Shown here: piece by piece, positions 17,644 to 28,034 of the stretch
How positions within the stretch are numbered: position 1 is the stretch's first letter
How the letters are laid out: every line of letters begins with the position of its first letter
Made by a program: the position numbers and the translations under genes
Virus record (IMG/VR): IMGVR_UViG_3300006752_004376
Source of the DNA: an uncultured virus (IMG/VR IMGVR_UViG_3300006752_004376)
Lineage: Duplodnaviria; Heunggongvirae; Uroviricota; Caudoviricetes
Direction: 5' to 3' (one strand)
DNA length: 64,000 nt
Notes under the pieces: generated by a model
Seen by the model: the letters and a program-made list of their open reading frames with translations, nothing else
Told to the model about the DNA's origin: nothing
Databases searched by the model: none

Positions 17644-20336
17644 TGAGTTATGTAGATGCATTTCACGACAGAGAAAGAGATGTTGTACACGTAGTAGAAC
17701 GTGTCAACGGTAAAAGAGAATTCAAAGAAATTCCTGCCAAGTACACATTCTATTATAAAGACCCACGTGGCAAGTACACAAGTATCTTTGGTGAAAAATT
17801 AGAACGTGTTGTATGCAACACAAGTAAAAAATTTAATACTGAAAAGAAAATACACGGTCATAAAGGATTGTATGAAAGTGATGTAAATGTTATTTTTAAA
17901 TCATTTGCAGAAAATTATGACCCTAGCGAAACACCAGATCTAAATATTTGCTTTTTTGATATTGAGACAGACTTTAATAAAGAACAAGGATTTGCTGATC
18001 CTAGTGATCCATTTAACGCAGTAACCGCAATCAGTATGCACAACAATTGGATGAATGCTACTATTTGCCTTGCAATTGGTCCTAAATCTATGACATTTGA
18101 TCAAGCAGAAGCAGTTACTAATAAGTTTGAAAACACTATGTTGTTTAAAACAGAACGTGAAATGCTTGAAGCTTTTTTAGACTTGATTGATGATGCAGAT
18201 ATTTTGTCAGGATGGAATAGTGAAGGATTTGATATTCCTTATCTAGTTAATCGAGTTTCACGTGTATTAAGTAAAAGCCATACACGAAAGTTTTGTTTAT
18301 GGGAAAAACTTCCTAAACAACGTGAGTTTGAGCGTTTTGGTGCAACACAAGAAACGTTTGATACAATTGGTAGAGTACATATGGATTACATGCAATTGTA
18401 CAGAAAGTATACATATCATGAGATGCATTCGTACAGTCTAGATGCTATTGGTGAATATGAACTAGGTGAACGTAAAGTAGACTACGAAGGAACACTAGAT
18501 CAATTATACAATAATGACTTTGAAAAGTTTATTGCATATTCTAGACAAGACGTAGACTTGCTTGTAAAATTAGATAAGAAACTACAGTTTATTGATTTAG
18601 CAAACGTACTAGCACATTCTAACACAGTGTTGCTACAAACAACAATGGGTGCGGTTGCACAAACAGATCAAGCTATTATCAATGAAGCACACTCGCAAGG
18701 ACTTATTGTTCCTGACAAACGTTATGATAAAGATACTACACAAGCCGCAGGTGCTTATGTTGCTACGCCTAAAAAAGGTTTGCATAAGTGGGTTGGAAGT
18801 ATTGACTTAAACAGTCTATATCCTAGTATTATTCGTAGTTGTAATATGAGTACTGAAACTATTATTGGTCAAGTACGTCATACTTACACAAAAGAAATGA
18901 TTGAGAATGCAAAAACAGTAGCTGAAGCATGGGAAGGTCGTTTCGCAACACACGAATATGAACTTGTTATGAAAAAAGATATTGAAGAAATATTACATTT
19001 AGATTTTGAGGATGGAACTAGTTTTGAAGCCACTGGCGCAGAGATATATGAAATTGTGTTTAACAGTGGACAACCTTGGATTATTAGTGCTAATGGCACA
19101 ATATTTACGTATGAGAAAAAAGGTATTATTCCTGGATTGCTAGAACGTTGGTATGCAGAACGTAAAGAGCTACAAGCTAAAGCACGTGAAGCACGTGAAG
19201 AAGGTGGCGATAAATTTGCATATTGGGATAAGCGACAGTTGGTTAAAAAGATTAACTTGAACAGTTTGTATGGTGCGTTACTTAATCCTGGAAGTAGATT
19301 CTTTGATAGTAGACTAGGACAAAGTACAACACTAACAGGTCGTTGTATTGCAAAACATATGGCCGCAGAGCTTAATAAGATTATTGCAGGTGAATATGAT
19401 CATCAAGGTAAAGCAATTGTTTATGGTGATACAGATTCCACATACTTTAGTTCATATCCTATGTTAAAAGACCAAATTAAGAACAATGAAATTAATTGGG
19501 ACCGAGATAATATTATTCAATACTATGATGCAATATGTGAAGAAGTAAACAAAACTTTTCCTGGCTTTATGAGCAGAACATTTCATACTACATTAGAACT
19601 AGGCCAAATTATTGCAGCTGGTAGAGAAATGGTAGGAAGTAGTGGATTGTTTATTACAAAGAAACGTTATGCAATGTTGGTGTTTGATAACGAAGGCAAA
19701 CGTGAAGATGTAGATGGTAAAGCTGGTTATATTAAAGCTATGGGTTTAGACTTGAAACGTAGTGATACTCCACCATGGATGCAAGACTTTTTAAAAGACG
19801 TATTGCTTGAAGTATTAACCGATGCCGAAGAACAAGACATACTTGAGAAGATTATTGAATTTCGTAAAGAATATAGAGAAAAGCCAAGTTGGCAAAAGGG
19901 TAGTCCTAAACGTGTTAATAACTTAACCGCTTATAGAGGTAAGATGGCTAAGTATGATAAAGATCGTAAAAATGCACACGCCAATGGTAAGAGTGTAAAA
20001 GATATTAAAAAACCAGCAATGCCTGGACATGTTACAGCCGCATTGAATTGGAATAAGCTAAGACAAATTAACAGTGACAATTATGCAGTAGAAATTACAG
20101 ACGGCATGAAAACTATTGTTTGTAGATTAAAAGATAACCCTATGGGATTCACAAGTGTAGGATATCCTACAGATGAAACAAGGCTTCCTGAATGGTTTAA
20201 AGATCTTCCTTTTGATGATGATCATATGGAAGAAGTAGTAGTTACTAAAAAGTTAGAAAACTTACTTGGTGTATTGGATTGGGGTTTAGACAAAGCCGCG
20301 GCTAAAAACACGTTTAATAGCTTGTTTGAGTGGTAA
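17643..20336 (+). CDS. Family B DNA polymerase with 3'-5' exonuclease
   Basis: DIETD, DLNSLYPS, KINLNSLYG, YGDTDS, KKRY. Confidence 0.97.
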   Translation: MSYVDAFHDRERDVVHVVERVNGKREFKEIPAKYTFYYKDPRGKYTSIFGEKLERVVCNTSKKFNTEKKIHGHKGLYESDVNVIFKSFAENYDPSETPDLNICFFDIETDFNKEQGFADPSDPFNAVTAISMHNNWMNATICLAIGPKSMTFDQAEAVTNKFENTMLFKTEREMLEAFLDLIDDADILSGWNSEGFDIPYLVNRVSRVLSKSHTRKFCLWEKLPKQREFERFGATQETFDTIGRVHMDYMQLYRKYTYHEMHSYSLDAIGEYELGERKVDYEGTLDQLYNNDFEKFIAYSRQDVDLLVKLDKKLQFIDLANVLAHSNTVLLQTTMGAVAQTDQAIINEAHSQGLIVPDKRYDKDTTQAAGAYVATPKKGLHKWVGSIDLNSLYPSIIRSCNMSTETIIGQVRHTYTKEMIENAKTVAEAWEGRFATHEYELVMKKDIEEILHLDFEDGTSFEATGAEIYEIVFNSGQPWIISANGTIFTYEKKGIIPGLLERWYAERKELQAKAREAREEGGDKFAYWDKRQLVKKINLNSLYGALLNPGSRFFDSRLGQSTTLTGRCIAKHMAAELNKIIAGEYDHQGKAIVYGDTDSTYFSSYPMLKDQIKNNEINWDRDNIIQYYDAICEEVNKTFPGFMSRTFHTTLELGQIIAAGREMVGSSGLFITKKRYAMLVFDNEGKREDVDGKAGYIKAMGLDLKRSDTPPWMQDFLKDVLLEVLTDAEEQDILEKIIEFRKEYREKPSWQKGSPKRVNNLTAYRGKMAKYDKDRKNAHANGKSVKDIKKPAMPGHVTAALNWNKLRQINSDNYAVEITDGMKTIVCRLKDNPMGFTSVGYPTDETRLPEWFKDLPFDDDHMEEVVVTKKLENLLGVLDWGLDKAAAKNTFNSLFEW

Positions 20337-20360
20337 AAACCTAGCATTTACTGGGTTTAT
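20337..20360 (+). terminator. Possible intrinsic terminator after polymerase
   Basis: AAACCTAG-CATTTA-CTGGGTTT hairpin; short U tract. Confidence 0.45.
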
Positions 20361-20366
20361 ACACTG

Positions 20367-20395
20367 TAGACATTTTAGCTATTTTATAGTATAAT
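20367..20395 (+). promoter_or_regulatory. sigma70-type promoter
   Basis: TAGACA-17-TATAAT. Confidence 0.7.
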
Positions 20396-20403
20396 ATAAC
20401 TAT

Positions 20404-20973
20404 ATGTTTACAAAAGTTAAATACTTAGTGATTAAAGTATTATTAGCAATAGCATTGTTGTTTACACAAACAGCCAATGCGGCAGAAATAACTAATAAAG
20501 ACTTTGCATATAAGATCAAACATTGTGTTGAATCAATATATGCCAATAAATCAACATATCCAAAATCAAAACAAATTCCATTAGAGCTAATAATAGCACA
20601 AGCCGCACATGAAAGTGCTTGGGGTAAAAGTAGATTTGCCGTAGAAGGTAATGCATTGTTTGGTGTTAGAACTTGGAATCCAAACGAACCTCAACTAAAA
20701 GCAAAAGGTGCACCAGATGCACCATGGGGTGTTAGAAGTTATAATAACTGGTGTGAAAGTATAGAACATTATTTCTTTATATTAGAAACACATCCTGCTT
20801 ATGAACAATTTAGAAATGAATTGGAATTTCAAAACACAATCTCTAAACAACCAGATCCAATTAATCTTATACTATATCTTTCACCATGGAGTGAACAAGG
20901 ACCTAAGTATGTTAGGTTGTTACAAGACATTTTAGCATGTCTTTATAAAAAATCATTTTTTAAAAATCTATAA
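20404..20973 (+). CDS. Secreted GH73 glucosaminidase (Bax/FlgJ-like)
   Basis: Signal peptide; AQAAHESAWGKSRFAVEGNALFG. Confidence 0.85.
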   Translation: MFTKVKYLVIKVLLAIALLFTQTANAAEITNKDFAYKIKHCVESIYANKSTYPKSKQIPLELIIAQAAHESAWGKSRFAVEGNALFGVRTWNPNEPQLKAKGAPDAPWGVRSYNNWCESIEHYFFILETHPAYEQFRNELEFQNTISKQPDPINLILYLSPWSEQGPKYVRLLQDILACLYKKSFFKNL

Positions 20974-20981
20974 TTAAAAGG

Positions 20982-21011
20982 TTGACAAGTAAGACTTCTT
21001 AGTGTTAAACT
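20982..21011 (+). promoter_or_regulatory. Promoter with AAGA-NN-TCTT palindrome in spacer
   Basis: TTGACA..TAAGACTTCTTA..TG-N-TAAACT. Confidence 0.75.
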
Positions 21012-21046
21012 ATAGTTGTTGGCTAAATAATTATAGGAGATATTAA

Positions 21047-21631
21047 ATGGCTACTACAGATAATGCAATTCAATACGACATTCTGTTTGTAAAAGAATTG
21101 CTTCCATATATGAATTTAAAAAAATCACAAGAGAAACATCTAATTGAATTTACAAAAATGGGCATCATGCAACGTGAAACTATTGCAGAAATGGCTATGG
21201 CAACAGTAGGTAATTTTGAAGGTGATAGTACACAAGGGCGTGATTTTTGCGATGGCTCAGATGCTAAGACTGTAACAAGTAACTCTCGCAATAATAATAA
21301 AGCAAAAGGCTCTTGGATGAACAGTTTTGAAGTTCGAAATGTTAATACAAAAACTGGAGATCTTCGTGTAATTGCATATAATAAATTACTTAAAAAGTTT
21401 CATTATTTTTATATTCCAAATTATGCATTTGCACATTTGCGTTCAGCACTTACAATTGTTATTGAGCAAGCAACATGTCATATTGGTGAGCCTAACTTTA
21501 CAGGTGTTCCAGATAGAAATCGTAAGTTTTGGGAATACGAATGTAGTAGTTTTGAAGAAATGTGCAATATGCAACCAGTTAACTTAGACAAATGGGAGAT
21601 AAAGAAGTATGGTAACGCAACTAGGAATTGA
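21047..21631 (+). CDS. Hypothetical protein, possible PD-(D/E)xK nuclease
   Basis: E..D(FC)DGSDAK; AGGAG RBS. Confidence 0.5.
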   Translation: MATTDNAIQYDILFVKELLPYMNLKKSQEKHLIEFTKMGIMQRETIAEMAMATVGNFEGDSTQGRDFCDGSDAKTVTSNSRNNNKAKGSWMNSFEVRNVNTKTGDLRVIAYNKLLKKFHYFYIPNYAFAHLRSALTIVIEQATCHIGEPNFTGVPDRNRKFWEYECSSFEEMCNMQPVNLDKWEIKKYGNATRN

Positions 21632-21866
21632 CATTAATAAAGCAATATCAGAAGTAGATATGCTTAGTAGACGACACGGTGGTCCATTTGATAGAGGTGG
21701 TGCAGATAGTTATTATAGGAGAGGTTATAATCCTCACTATTATACAGCCGACTCTATACAAAGTGATCGTGTAGAACAAGAAGATATGACAGATATTGAA
21801 ATTGAAGAATATCGTAAAGGATATCAGGAAAACGAAGACGACGGCAATTTTAAAGATTGGGGTTAA
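21609..21866 (+). CDS. Hypothetical phage protein
   Basis: RHGGPFDRGGADSYY motif. Confidence 0.7.
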   Translation: MVTQLGIDINKAISEVDMLSRRHGGPFDRGGADSYYRRGYNPHYYTADSIQSDRVEQEDMTDIEIEEYRKGYQENEDDGNFKDWG

Positions 21867-21871
21867 TAATT

Positions 21872-22831
21872 ATGGACGCACTCACACTATGGATGGCAAT
21901 AGGATTTCTATTTGCCGGCTATTCAGTAATAGCAAATGATTCAGTTCAAACACTTGGAACATGGATCGCATCAAACAACGAAAAAGTTAATTGGAAAATT
22001 ATGTGGGTAGCGGCTTCAGCAGTTCTCCTTTATACTTTGTGGTATGGGTGGACAGTAAACGGTGGTGACATCAGTTACGGACGACTTAACAGAATTCCAT
22101 TTCAAGAGATACAATGGTACCATGCTATGGCACCAGGACTACTACTAATACTTACAAGAATAGGTGTGCCAGTTAGTACAAGTTTCTTAGTACTAAGTGC
22201 ATTTGCAAGCACATTTGTATTAGAAAAAATGCTTATGAAAAGCATGATGGGTTATGCAGTTGCGGCAGTTGCGGCATACATTATTTGGATAGGAGTTACT
22301 AAACTACTAGACGAAGCAAAGCCTGTTAAAGAAGAACACAAATTATATTGGCGTGTAGCACAATGGATAACCACAGGATTCCTATGGTTTACTTGGTTAA
22401 GTCATGACATGGCCAATATTGCAGTATTCTTACCAAGAGAGATTCCATGGGATCTAATGGTATTGATTAGTATTGTATTTGTTGTAGGACTTGGATATAT
22501 GTTCCGTGAAGGCGGCGGTAAAATCCAAAAAATTGTTATTGAGAAACACAATACTCGTTATGTAAGATCTGCTACAATTATTGATGCAGTATATTGGTTA
22601 ATCTTGTTCTTCTTTAAAGAACTAAATGATATTCCAATGTCAACAACATGGGTATTTGTTGGATTACTTTGTGGACGTGAACTAGCTATGGCAACTATGA
22701 CTGGCAAAGAAAAGTTTAGAACAGTGTTTCCACTAGTTACTAAAGACTTCTTAAAAATGATGATTGGATTAGGTGCATCGGTAGGTGTAGTTCTAGCAAT
22801 TCATTACATTATTGTTCCAAACGGACTATAA
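21872..22831 (+). CDS. PiT/PHO4-like membrane transporter
   Basis: Multi-pass; IANDSVQ and SHDMAN repeats, PVSTS/PMSTT motifs; start revised to ATG 21872. Confidence 0.65.
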   Translation: MDALTLWMAIGFLFAGYSVIANDSVQTLGTWIASNNEKVNWKIMWVAASAVLLYTLWYGWTVNGGDISYGRLNRIPFQEIQWYHAMAPGLLLILTRIGVPVSTSFLVLSAFASTFVLEKMLMKSMMGYAVAAVAAYIIWIGVTKLLDEAKPVKEEHKLYWRVAQWITTGFLWFTWLSHDMANIAVFLPREIPWDLMVLISIVFVVGLGYMFREGGGKIQKIVIEKHNTRYVRSATIIDAVYWLILFFFKELNDIPMSTTWVFVGLLCGRELAMATMTGKEKFRTVFPLVTKDFLKMMIGLGASVGVVLAIHYIIVPNGL

Positions 22832-22847
22832 AAAATCAAATTAATTT

Positions 22848-22876
22848 AAAAACCCTTGTTTTATAAGGGTTTTTTT
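22848..22876 (+). terminator. Intrinsic terminator
   Basis: AAAAACCCTT-GTTTTAT-AAGGGTTTTTTT. Confidence 0.85.
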
Positions 22877-22899
22877 ATGACTTTTTTTGGCTTATCTGG

Positions 22900-22928
22900 T
22901 TGACAAGTAAGATATCTTACTGTATACT
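22900..22928 (+). promoter_or_regulatory. Promoter with perfect 16-bp palindromic spacer
   Basis: TTGACA-AGTAAGATATCTTACTG-TATACT. Confidence 0.9.
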
Positions 22929-22961
22929 GTATATATAAAGTTAGAAATTAGGAGATATAAT

Positions 22962-23309
22962 ATGTGGGTATGTAAACATTTAGAACCAGCAGTAGATGCT
23001 TTAAATGCTTTGATTCCAGCGGATGGTCCTTGTGTCAATCCTGTTAAGAATCGTAAACTAGATCAGTTCCGTAAAGCACAGAACGTTGTACATGATATCT
23101 TTAATAATGGATTAGGTAATCGTGGTAAAAGTTTAAAATGTATGGGATTACAGAAACATGATCTAATGTTGCCGTTTAGTCAAGGTGATTATCATCACCC
23201 AGGTGACTTTGATCAAATTGAACGTGTAATTACTCCTATTATGGAACAGAAAATTTATGATGCATGTGCAGAACAAAACATTACTTTAAAGGTAAAGGAG
23301 ACTGTATAA
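22962..23309 (+). CDS. Hypothetical early protein
   Basis: AGGAG RBS after promoter. Confidence 0.75.
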   Translation: MWVCKHLEPAVDALNALIPADGPCVNPVKNRKLDQFRKAQNVVHDIFNNGLGNRGKSLKCMGLQKHDLMLPFSQGDYHHPGDFDQIERVITPIMEQKIYDACAEQNITLKVKETV

Positions 23310-23599
23310 TGAAACAGAATTCATTAGAAATGTTACTTGATATGGGTTGGACATTTTTTAAATCTTTTATTAAATGGACATTAATTATTTGGTTTTTTAT
23401 ATTTGCATTGGGTGCTTACTTAGCTGAAGCAAGTGAAACAGATCCAGCCGTTAAGATGAGCAAAAGTGAAATTTGTCATGCTACAGATAGTTCTTATTAC
23501 AAACGTACAAAGAACTTTACTGCTTACGAAACATTAGAAGATTGTTTAGAAGCAGGTGGACGTCTTCCAAAAAACTATACAGTAAAGAAGGAATCTTAA
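23309..23599 (+). CDS. Membrane-anchored small protein
   Basis: TM segment then KMSKSEICH..YY..C..GGRLPK; start revised to 23309. Confidence 0.65.
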   Translation: MKQNSLEMLLDMGWTFFKSFIKWTLIIWFFIFALGAYLAEASETDPAVKMSKSEICHATDSSYYKRTKNFTAYETLEDCLEAGGRLPKNYTVKKES

Positions 23600-23600
23600 T

Positions 23601-24077
23601 ATGAAATATGTTATTGAAACTCAAGTTAGAGAAAACTATGCCGCACACGATGAAGATTATAAGCATGGTGTAGATCAACCTTATTGGAAGAACAAAAGTG
23701 GTTCAACATATATTGTAGAAGCACCAGGTGAACATATTGATGTTGCATATGAGGTTGCAGATCTTGTTACTTCATCAAATGAAATGTTTGAAGAAACAAT
23801 ATTTGATGTTACCGCAGTTGAAGATGATTATGAATCAGAGTATGTTAAGGATCAAAAAAGATATGATCCTGAAGGATACGATACATTGTATTTGGATAAT
23901 ATTATTCGTCAAGGTAAAAGTGGCGACTGGTATATGAAACGTGGATACATAGTAGGTGGATTTCAAAAAGGTACTGAGTACGATCACCTTGTTGGTAAGT
24001 TCATTGGTAACATAGATAATCTTACTAAAGGTAAATGTGTAATGAAAGTTACAGACAACAAAAAGGAATACATCTAA
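23601..24077 (+). CDS. Hypothetical phage protein
   Basis: ORF with AAGGA RBS. Confidence 0.75.
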   Translation: MKYVIETQVRENYAAHDEDYKHGVDQPYWKNKSGSTYIVEAPGEHIDVAYEVADLVTSSNEMFEETIFDVTAVEDDYESEYVKDQKRYDPEGYDTLYLDNIIRQGKSGDWYMKRGYIVGGFQKGTEYDHLVGKFIGNIDNLTKGKCVMKVTDNKKEYI

Positions 24078-24253
24078 TGTGGTTTTTAGTATTGGTCATG
24101 TTAACTGCAAGTGATGGATACAAAGTAGTAGAGGTTGGAGAGTTTGTTGATGAAACATCTTGTAATAATGCAATGATGATAGTTTCGTCAGAACAAACAA
24201 ACACTTCAAATGTTTTTATATGTTTAGAGGAACCAAAAAATGAAGAACAATAA
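24077..24253 (+). CDS. Small exported hypothetical protein
   Basis: MWFLVLVML start, two Cys; TAATG coupling. Confidence 0.6.
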   Translation: MWFLVLVMLTASDGYKVVEVGEFVDETSCNNAMMIVSSEQTNTSNVFICLEEPKNEEQ

Positions 24254-24377
24254 GCAAGCATTAGTAGAAAAATGGACTACTAAAATTAAACAAATGTCAC
24301 CAACGTTAAGTGACGATCAAGTTAAATTGCTAGCAGAATGTGCGGCAGAAGCAGAAATAGCAAATAATAAAGGTTGA
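24240..24377 (+). CDS. 45-aa hypothetical protein (absent from ORF track)
   Basis: MKNNKQALVEKW..NNKG; GAGGA RBS. Confidence 0.5.
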   Translation: MKNNKQALVEKWTTKIKQMSPTLSDDQVKLLAECAAEAEIANNKG

Positions 24378-24402
24378 CAACACCAAGATATCTTGCTATA
24401 AT
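24374..24402 (+). promoter_or_regulatory. Promoter with CAAGATATCTTG palindrome
   Basis: TTGACA-17-TATAAT. Confidence 0.9.
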
Positions 24403-24436
24403 ATGTGTATAATTTAAAAAGAAAGAGGCAGAAACT

Positions 24437-25099
24437 ATGAGAGTACTAGCTAACATTATTGGAACTGTTATGAACCTAACTGTTATTGTAACAATAGGAT
24501 TACTTACAACAGGTATATGGCCAGTTAAAGCTGACACAACAGGTGTGATGCCTGAATACGAAGTACTTAATACAAATGCATATTTGATGGACACAGTTAT
24601 TGAAGGTCCATATGACAAATATGATTTGCAATGTCTAGTAGAAAATATGTATTTTGAAGCACGTAACGATGGTTATGCAGGCATGTATGCTACAACAATG
24701 GTTGTTATGAATCGTGTATCGGATCCACGTTATCCTGATACAGTTTGTGGAGTAGTACATCAAGGTCCTGTTAAAGAAAGTTGGAAAACAAAACAGACGC
24801 CAGACAAGAATGATGCAGTATACTTTCCTATTAAAAATAAATGTCAGTTTAGTTGGTACTGTGATGGTAAAGCTGATATAATGTATAACGAAGAAGCAGT
24901 TTATCTTGCTACAGATATTGCAAAATTGGTACTTGATATTAGTACAGGTGTTTATGGTGACCAGACATTTACTGTAGATATTACAGAAGGTGCTACACAT
25001 TACCATGCAACATACGTAAGTCCAAATTGGATACATGATCGTGGCATGGCTCGAGTTACACAAGTAGGAACTCATATCTTTTATCGTTGGGGTCAGTAA
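24437..25099 (+). CDS. SleB-like cell wall hydrolase (Hydrolase_2)
   Basis: CLVENMYFEAR, NRV..YPDTVCGVV, CQFSWYCDG, GATHYHA, HIFY. Confidence 0.92.
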   Translation: MRVLANIIGTVMNLTVIVTIGLLTTGIWPVKADTTGVMPEYEVLNTNAYLMDTVIEGPYDKYDLQCLVENMYFEARNDGYAGMYATTMVVMNRVSDPRYPDTVCGVVHQGPVKESWKTKQTPDKNDAVYFPIKNKCQFSWYCDGKADIMYNEEAVYLATDIAKLVLDISTGVYGDQTFTVDITEGATHYHATYVSPNWIHDRGMARVTQVGTHIFYRWGQ

Positions 25100-25804
25100 T
25101 TGAAAAGAACACCTCAACAATTTAAAGAACCTCGATATCTTACAGACAAATGGTTTAGTGTTTTTACTCTAGGACACGACGAACCAGGCATACGAAATTG
25201 GTTAGATGATGGAGAAAAAAATCAAGGCCTTGCTCCAGGATACACAGAACATAGTGTAGAGTATTATATAAACGAGTGGCGTTATAGAGGCAAGTTAGTT
25301 CCTGATACAGGTGCAGATGCGGCATTTGGTTGTAGCTATACATTTGGATATGGAGTAAGTACATGTTGGGCTGAATTAATTGGTGCAGTAAATTGTGGTA
25401 TTAATGGTGCAAGTAATGATCAAATAACAAGAACTGCAATATCATATTGTAAGACTTTTAATCCAAAAAACATTTATGTATTATGGTCTTTCAAAGAAAG
25501 ACGAGAACATGTTCAAGAGTCTGGACTTTATAAATTTAGAAATCTATCTAATGAAGCTATTAAACAAGAATTAAAAAATCCTACTTGGATAAGTTCGTAT
25601 GCTTCGTTAATGAATGATCAAGCAGACGAATACAACTATCAAAAAAATAAAATATTGCTAGAAAGTTTTTGTACAACAAATAATATAAATTTACATCAAT
25701 CTACAATATCTACATTACCAAAAGAAACTTATCCATTAGCCAGAGATAGTGATCATCCAGGTGAGGAATGGCATATTAACATGGCTGGTATTATATGTCA
25801 ATAG
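25100..25804 (+). CDS. SGNH/GDSL-like hydrolase
   Basis: FGCSYTFG, GASND, DSDHPG. Confidence 0.7.
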   Translation: MKRTPQQFKEPRYLTDKWFSVFTLGHDEPGIRNWLDDGEKNQGLAPGYTEHSVEYYINEWRYRGKLVPDTGADAAFGCSYTFGYGVSTCWAELIGAVNCGINGASNDQITRTAISYCKTFNPKNIYVLWSFKERREHVQESGLYKFRNLSNEAIKQELKNPTWISSYASLMNDQADEYNYQKNKILLESFCTTNNINLHQSTISTLPKETYPLARDSDHPGEEWHINMAGIICQ

Positions 25805-26637
25805 ACCCACGTAATGGTGCATATTTAAAGAGATTTGCTGAGGATTATATGTTTGAGCATTGGTTAAACGATCTAGAAAATAAAGGCGGTTACCTTGCGT
25901 CTAGTTATGTCAATTGGAACATACTACATAGTCCATTACATGATGTTGTAAAACAATTAGAACACTTTAGAAGTCTACCATTTGAACAGATACTTGAATT
26001 CCATGAATCCGAAGTAACAAATAATGAAATGCAAGATAGAAATGTTATGGAAGATGTAAGCAAAATATTTTATCTTACCGAGTGTGTACAATACGAAGAA
26101 CTAAGATTTCATCCACAAATTATACACGAGCCTTGGGCTAATAGATACAGAGTACATCCTGGTAGCGGCAGGCTTATTGCGTTATGGTTAAATGGTTATG
26201 AAAGTATCAAAACTATATACACACATTTCAATGAACCAGCATTTATTCCACCTGGAGAATGTTTTAAAATAACAAATAAACGACAAGCATATAAAGAATT
26301 TCAGTTTTCAAGGCAAAGCGATCTTCTTAGCATAGAAACGTATTCAGCATTTCCAAAAACTAAAAATGATTGTGTGAGAACCCATCACTACGATCATGAA
26401 TGGGAATGGAAACATATAACCACTGATATTGATTGGAAGTTTATGAGGTTTAGTGAAGGGCCAGAATTTTTAGAACATAAGTCTACTTGGAGAAGTTATA
26501 TTATCGATGCTTGGGAAGATCTAAGAAATGATCATATACAAATTGGATCATGTCAATTTAACTTTGAAAAAGGTAGGGTTGTTGATGTTATTAGAAATTT
26601 AGGTAGCCGATCAGTACGTCATGTTTTAACTGCATAA
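25795..26637 (+). CDS. Hypothetical protein
   Basis: 280-aa ORF; HPGSGR weakly ParB-like. Confidence 0.65.
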   Translation: MSIDPRNGAYLKRFAEDYMFEHWLNDLENKGGYLASSYVNWNILHSPLHDVVKQLEHFRSLPFEQILEFHESEVTNNEMQDRNVMEDVSKIFYLTECVQYEELRFHPQIIHEPWANRYRVHPGSGRLIALWLNGYESIKTIYTHFNEPAFIPPGECFKITNKRQAYKEFQFSRQSDLLSIETYSAFPKTKNDCVRTHHYDHEWEWKHITTDIDWKFMRFSEGPEFLEHKSTWRSYIIDAWEDLRNDHIQIGSCQFNFEKGRVVDVIRNLGSRSVRHVLTA

Positions 26638-27298
26638 GCGGTTCTTTAGCACCCCAATTATATCCCTCTAAATGTTTTATATATCTATCTAGTCCAGTTT
26701 CCGGCTCTGGATCTAATGAGAATTGTTTAGAAAAATGACCTGGACTTGCAACGTGTACATCCATATGATGATCATGGAATGCTTTATGTGCTAGTTTTGA
26801 TTCTATTGTAATTTGTTTTATTGCATTTTCTTGTGTTTTATAAAATTCTTTATAATGTGGATATGGAGTTTCAATGCCTCCTACACTAGTCCAACCAAGT
26901 ACACACATTTCAGGAGGTCTTGTTACAGTAACAAACTTTGCTTCTGGAAAGTTTTCAATCATCCAATCCCAATTATAAATGAATTGATGACAACGTACAA
27001 TATAATGTTTTTTAGTATCCCATTCTGCCCACGCAGAAGTTATCTCATTAAATATATGTTCTTTTGAAAGTGTATTAATTTTGTCAAAGTCTTTGCCAAG
27101 TTCATTGCCTGGTCCAAAATAAACACCTGTGTGTCTTACGCCGCCATATATAGCATCGTGTACCATTAATCGTTCTTCAGTACGATCTGACGTACTTACA
27201 TTAAGTTTAGGTGCCTCACTTAACACCCAACTAACCGCACTCCATTTACTACCAGGAGCACCAGTTATAAAAATTACATTACTGAAGTCTACCATCAA
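26591..27298 (-). CDS. Sulfotransferase-like P-loop protein
   Basis: IFITGAPGSKWS; VRCH..FPEAKFVTVTR. Confidence 0.6.
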   Translation of the reverse strand: MMVDFSNVIFITGAPGSKWSAVSWVLSEAPKLNVSTSDRTEERLMVHDAIYGGVRHTGVYFGPGNELGKDFDKINTLSKEHIFNEITSAWAEWDTKKHYIVRCHQFIYNWDWMIENFPEAKFVTVTRPPEMCVLGWTSVGGIETPYPHYKEFYKTQENAIKQITIESKLAHKAFHDHHMDVHVASPGHFSKQFSLDPEPETGLDRYIKHLEGYNWGAKEPLMQLKHDVLIGYLNF

Positions 27299-28034
27299 GC
27301 CACCTTTTTATTTCTTTGTAATTAAATTTTGTTGTAGTATTAAACACTCTTGGGTGATCAATTGCTTTTCTAAAAATACTATTAGAAAACATCTTAGCAT
27401 ATATTTCTTTTTTAAGTTTATCTTCTAATGCTTCTGTGTAAAACTTTTTCTTACGTTCAAAAGCCCATATGTCTGCTACAGTTAAATCTTCTTTTCTACT
27501 ATGTAATATTTTTAAAAATGCTAGGTATTCATTATCTTCTGGAACTACACCATAATGCTTTACATAACCTGGAAACTTTGCAGTTGTTTGCATGTAACGA
27601 TCAGTTACAGTTTTTGGATCATGTATAATATTAAAAATAATACTATTAGGAAAATACTCTAATAGTTTACTAGGCATACTATGTGTACAATATAATACAC
27701 GTTTACCATCATTGATAATATCTTCACCACCATTTTCTTTAAACAATTCATCAAACTTTTTGTAGTATTGTTTCTCATTGGGTAGATATTTTTCTACATA
27801 ATCATGTGTAGGTGGAAGTTTACCCTTTGGAGTTATTCTATCAAAATGATATCTACTTGTTTTACGTTGTCCACTATAATCATTTACCTTGCCTACATTC
27901 CAAGGATTGATTCCGTTTTCTTCGCAACTGTACCAATGCATACATGGCATAGTAGCTAATACTCTTGCTAGTCTATGTCCACTTGCTCCTGGTTCAAAAC
28001 TAACAAATACATGTTTGTTTTCTAGTTTACGCAT
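27279..28034 (-). CDS. Sulfotransferase-like P-loop protein
   Basis: FVSFEPGASGHRL; CTH..YFPNS. Confidence 0.5.
   Translation of the reverse strand: MRKLENKHVFVSFEPGASGHRLARVLATMPCMHWYSCEENGINPWNVGKVNDYSGQRKTSRYHFDRITPKGKLPPTHDYVEKYLPNEKQYYKKFDELFKENGGEDIINDGKRVLYCTHSMPSKLLEYFPNSIIFNIIHDPKTVTDRYMQTTAKFPGYVKHYGVVPEDNEYLAFLKILHSRKEDLTVADIWAFERKKKFYTEALEDKLKKEIYAKMFSNSIFRKAIDHPRVFNTTTKFNYKEIKRWLDGRLQ

Noticed and set aside
24240..24377. LVEKW resembling the N-terminus of T4-type major capsid protein
   Set aside because: A five-residue match is too short to support
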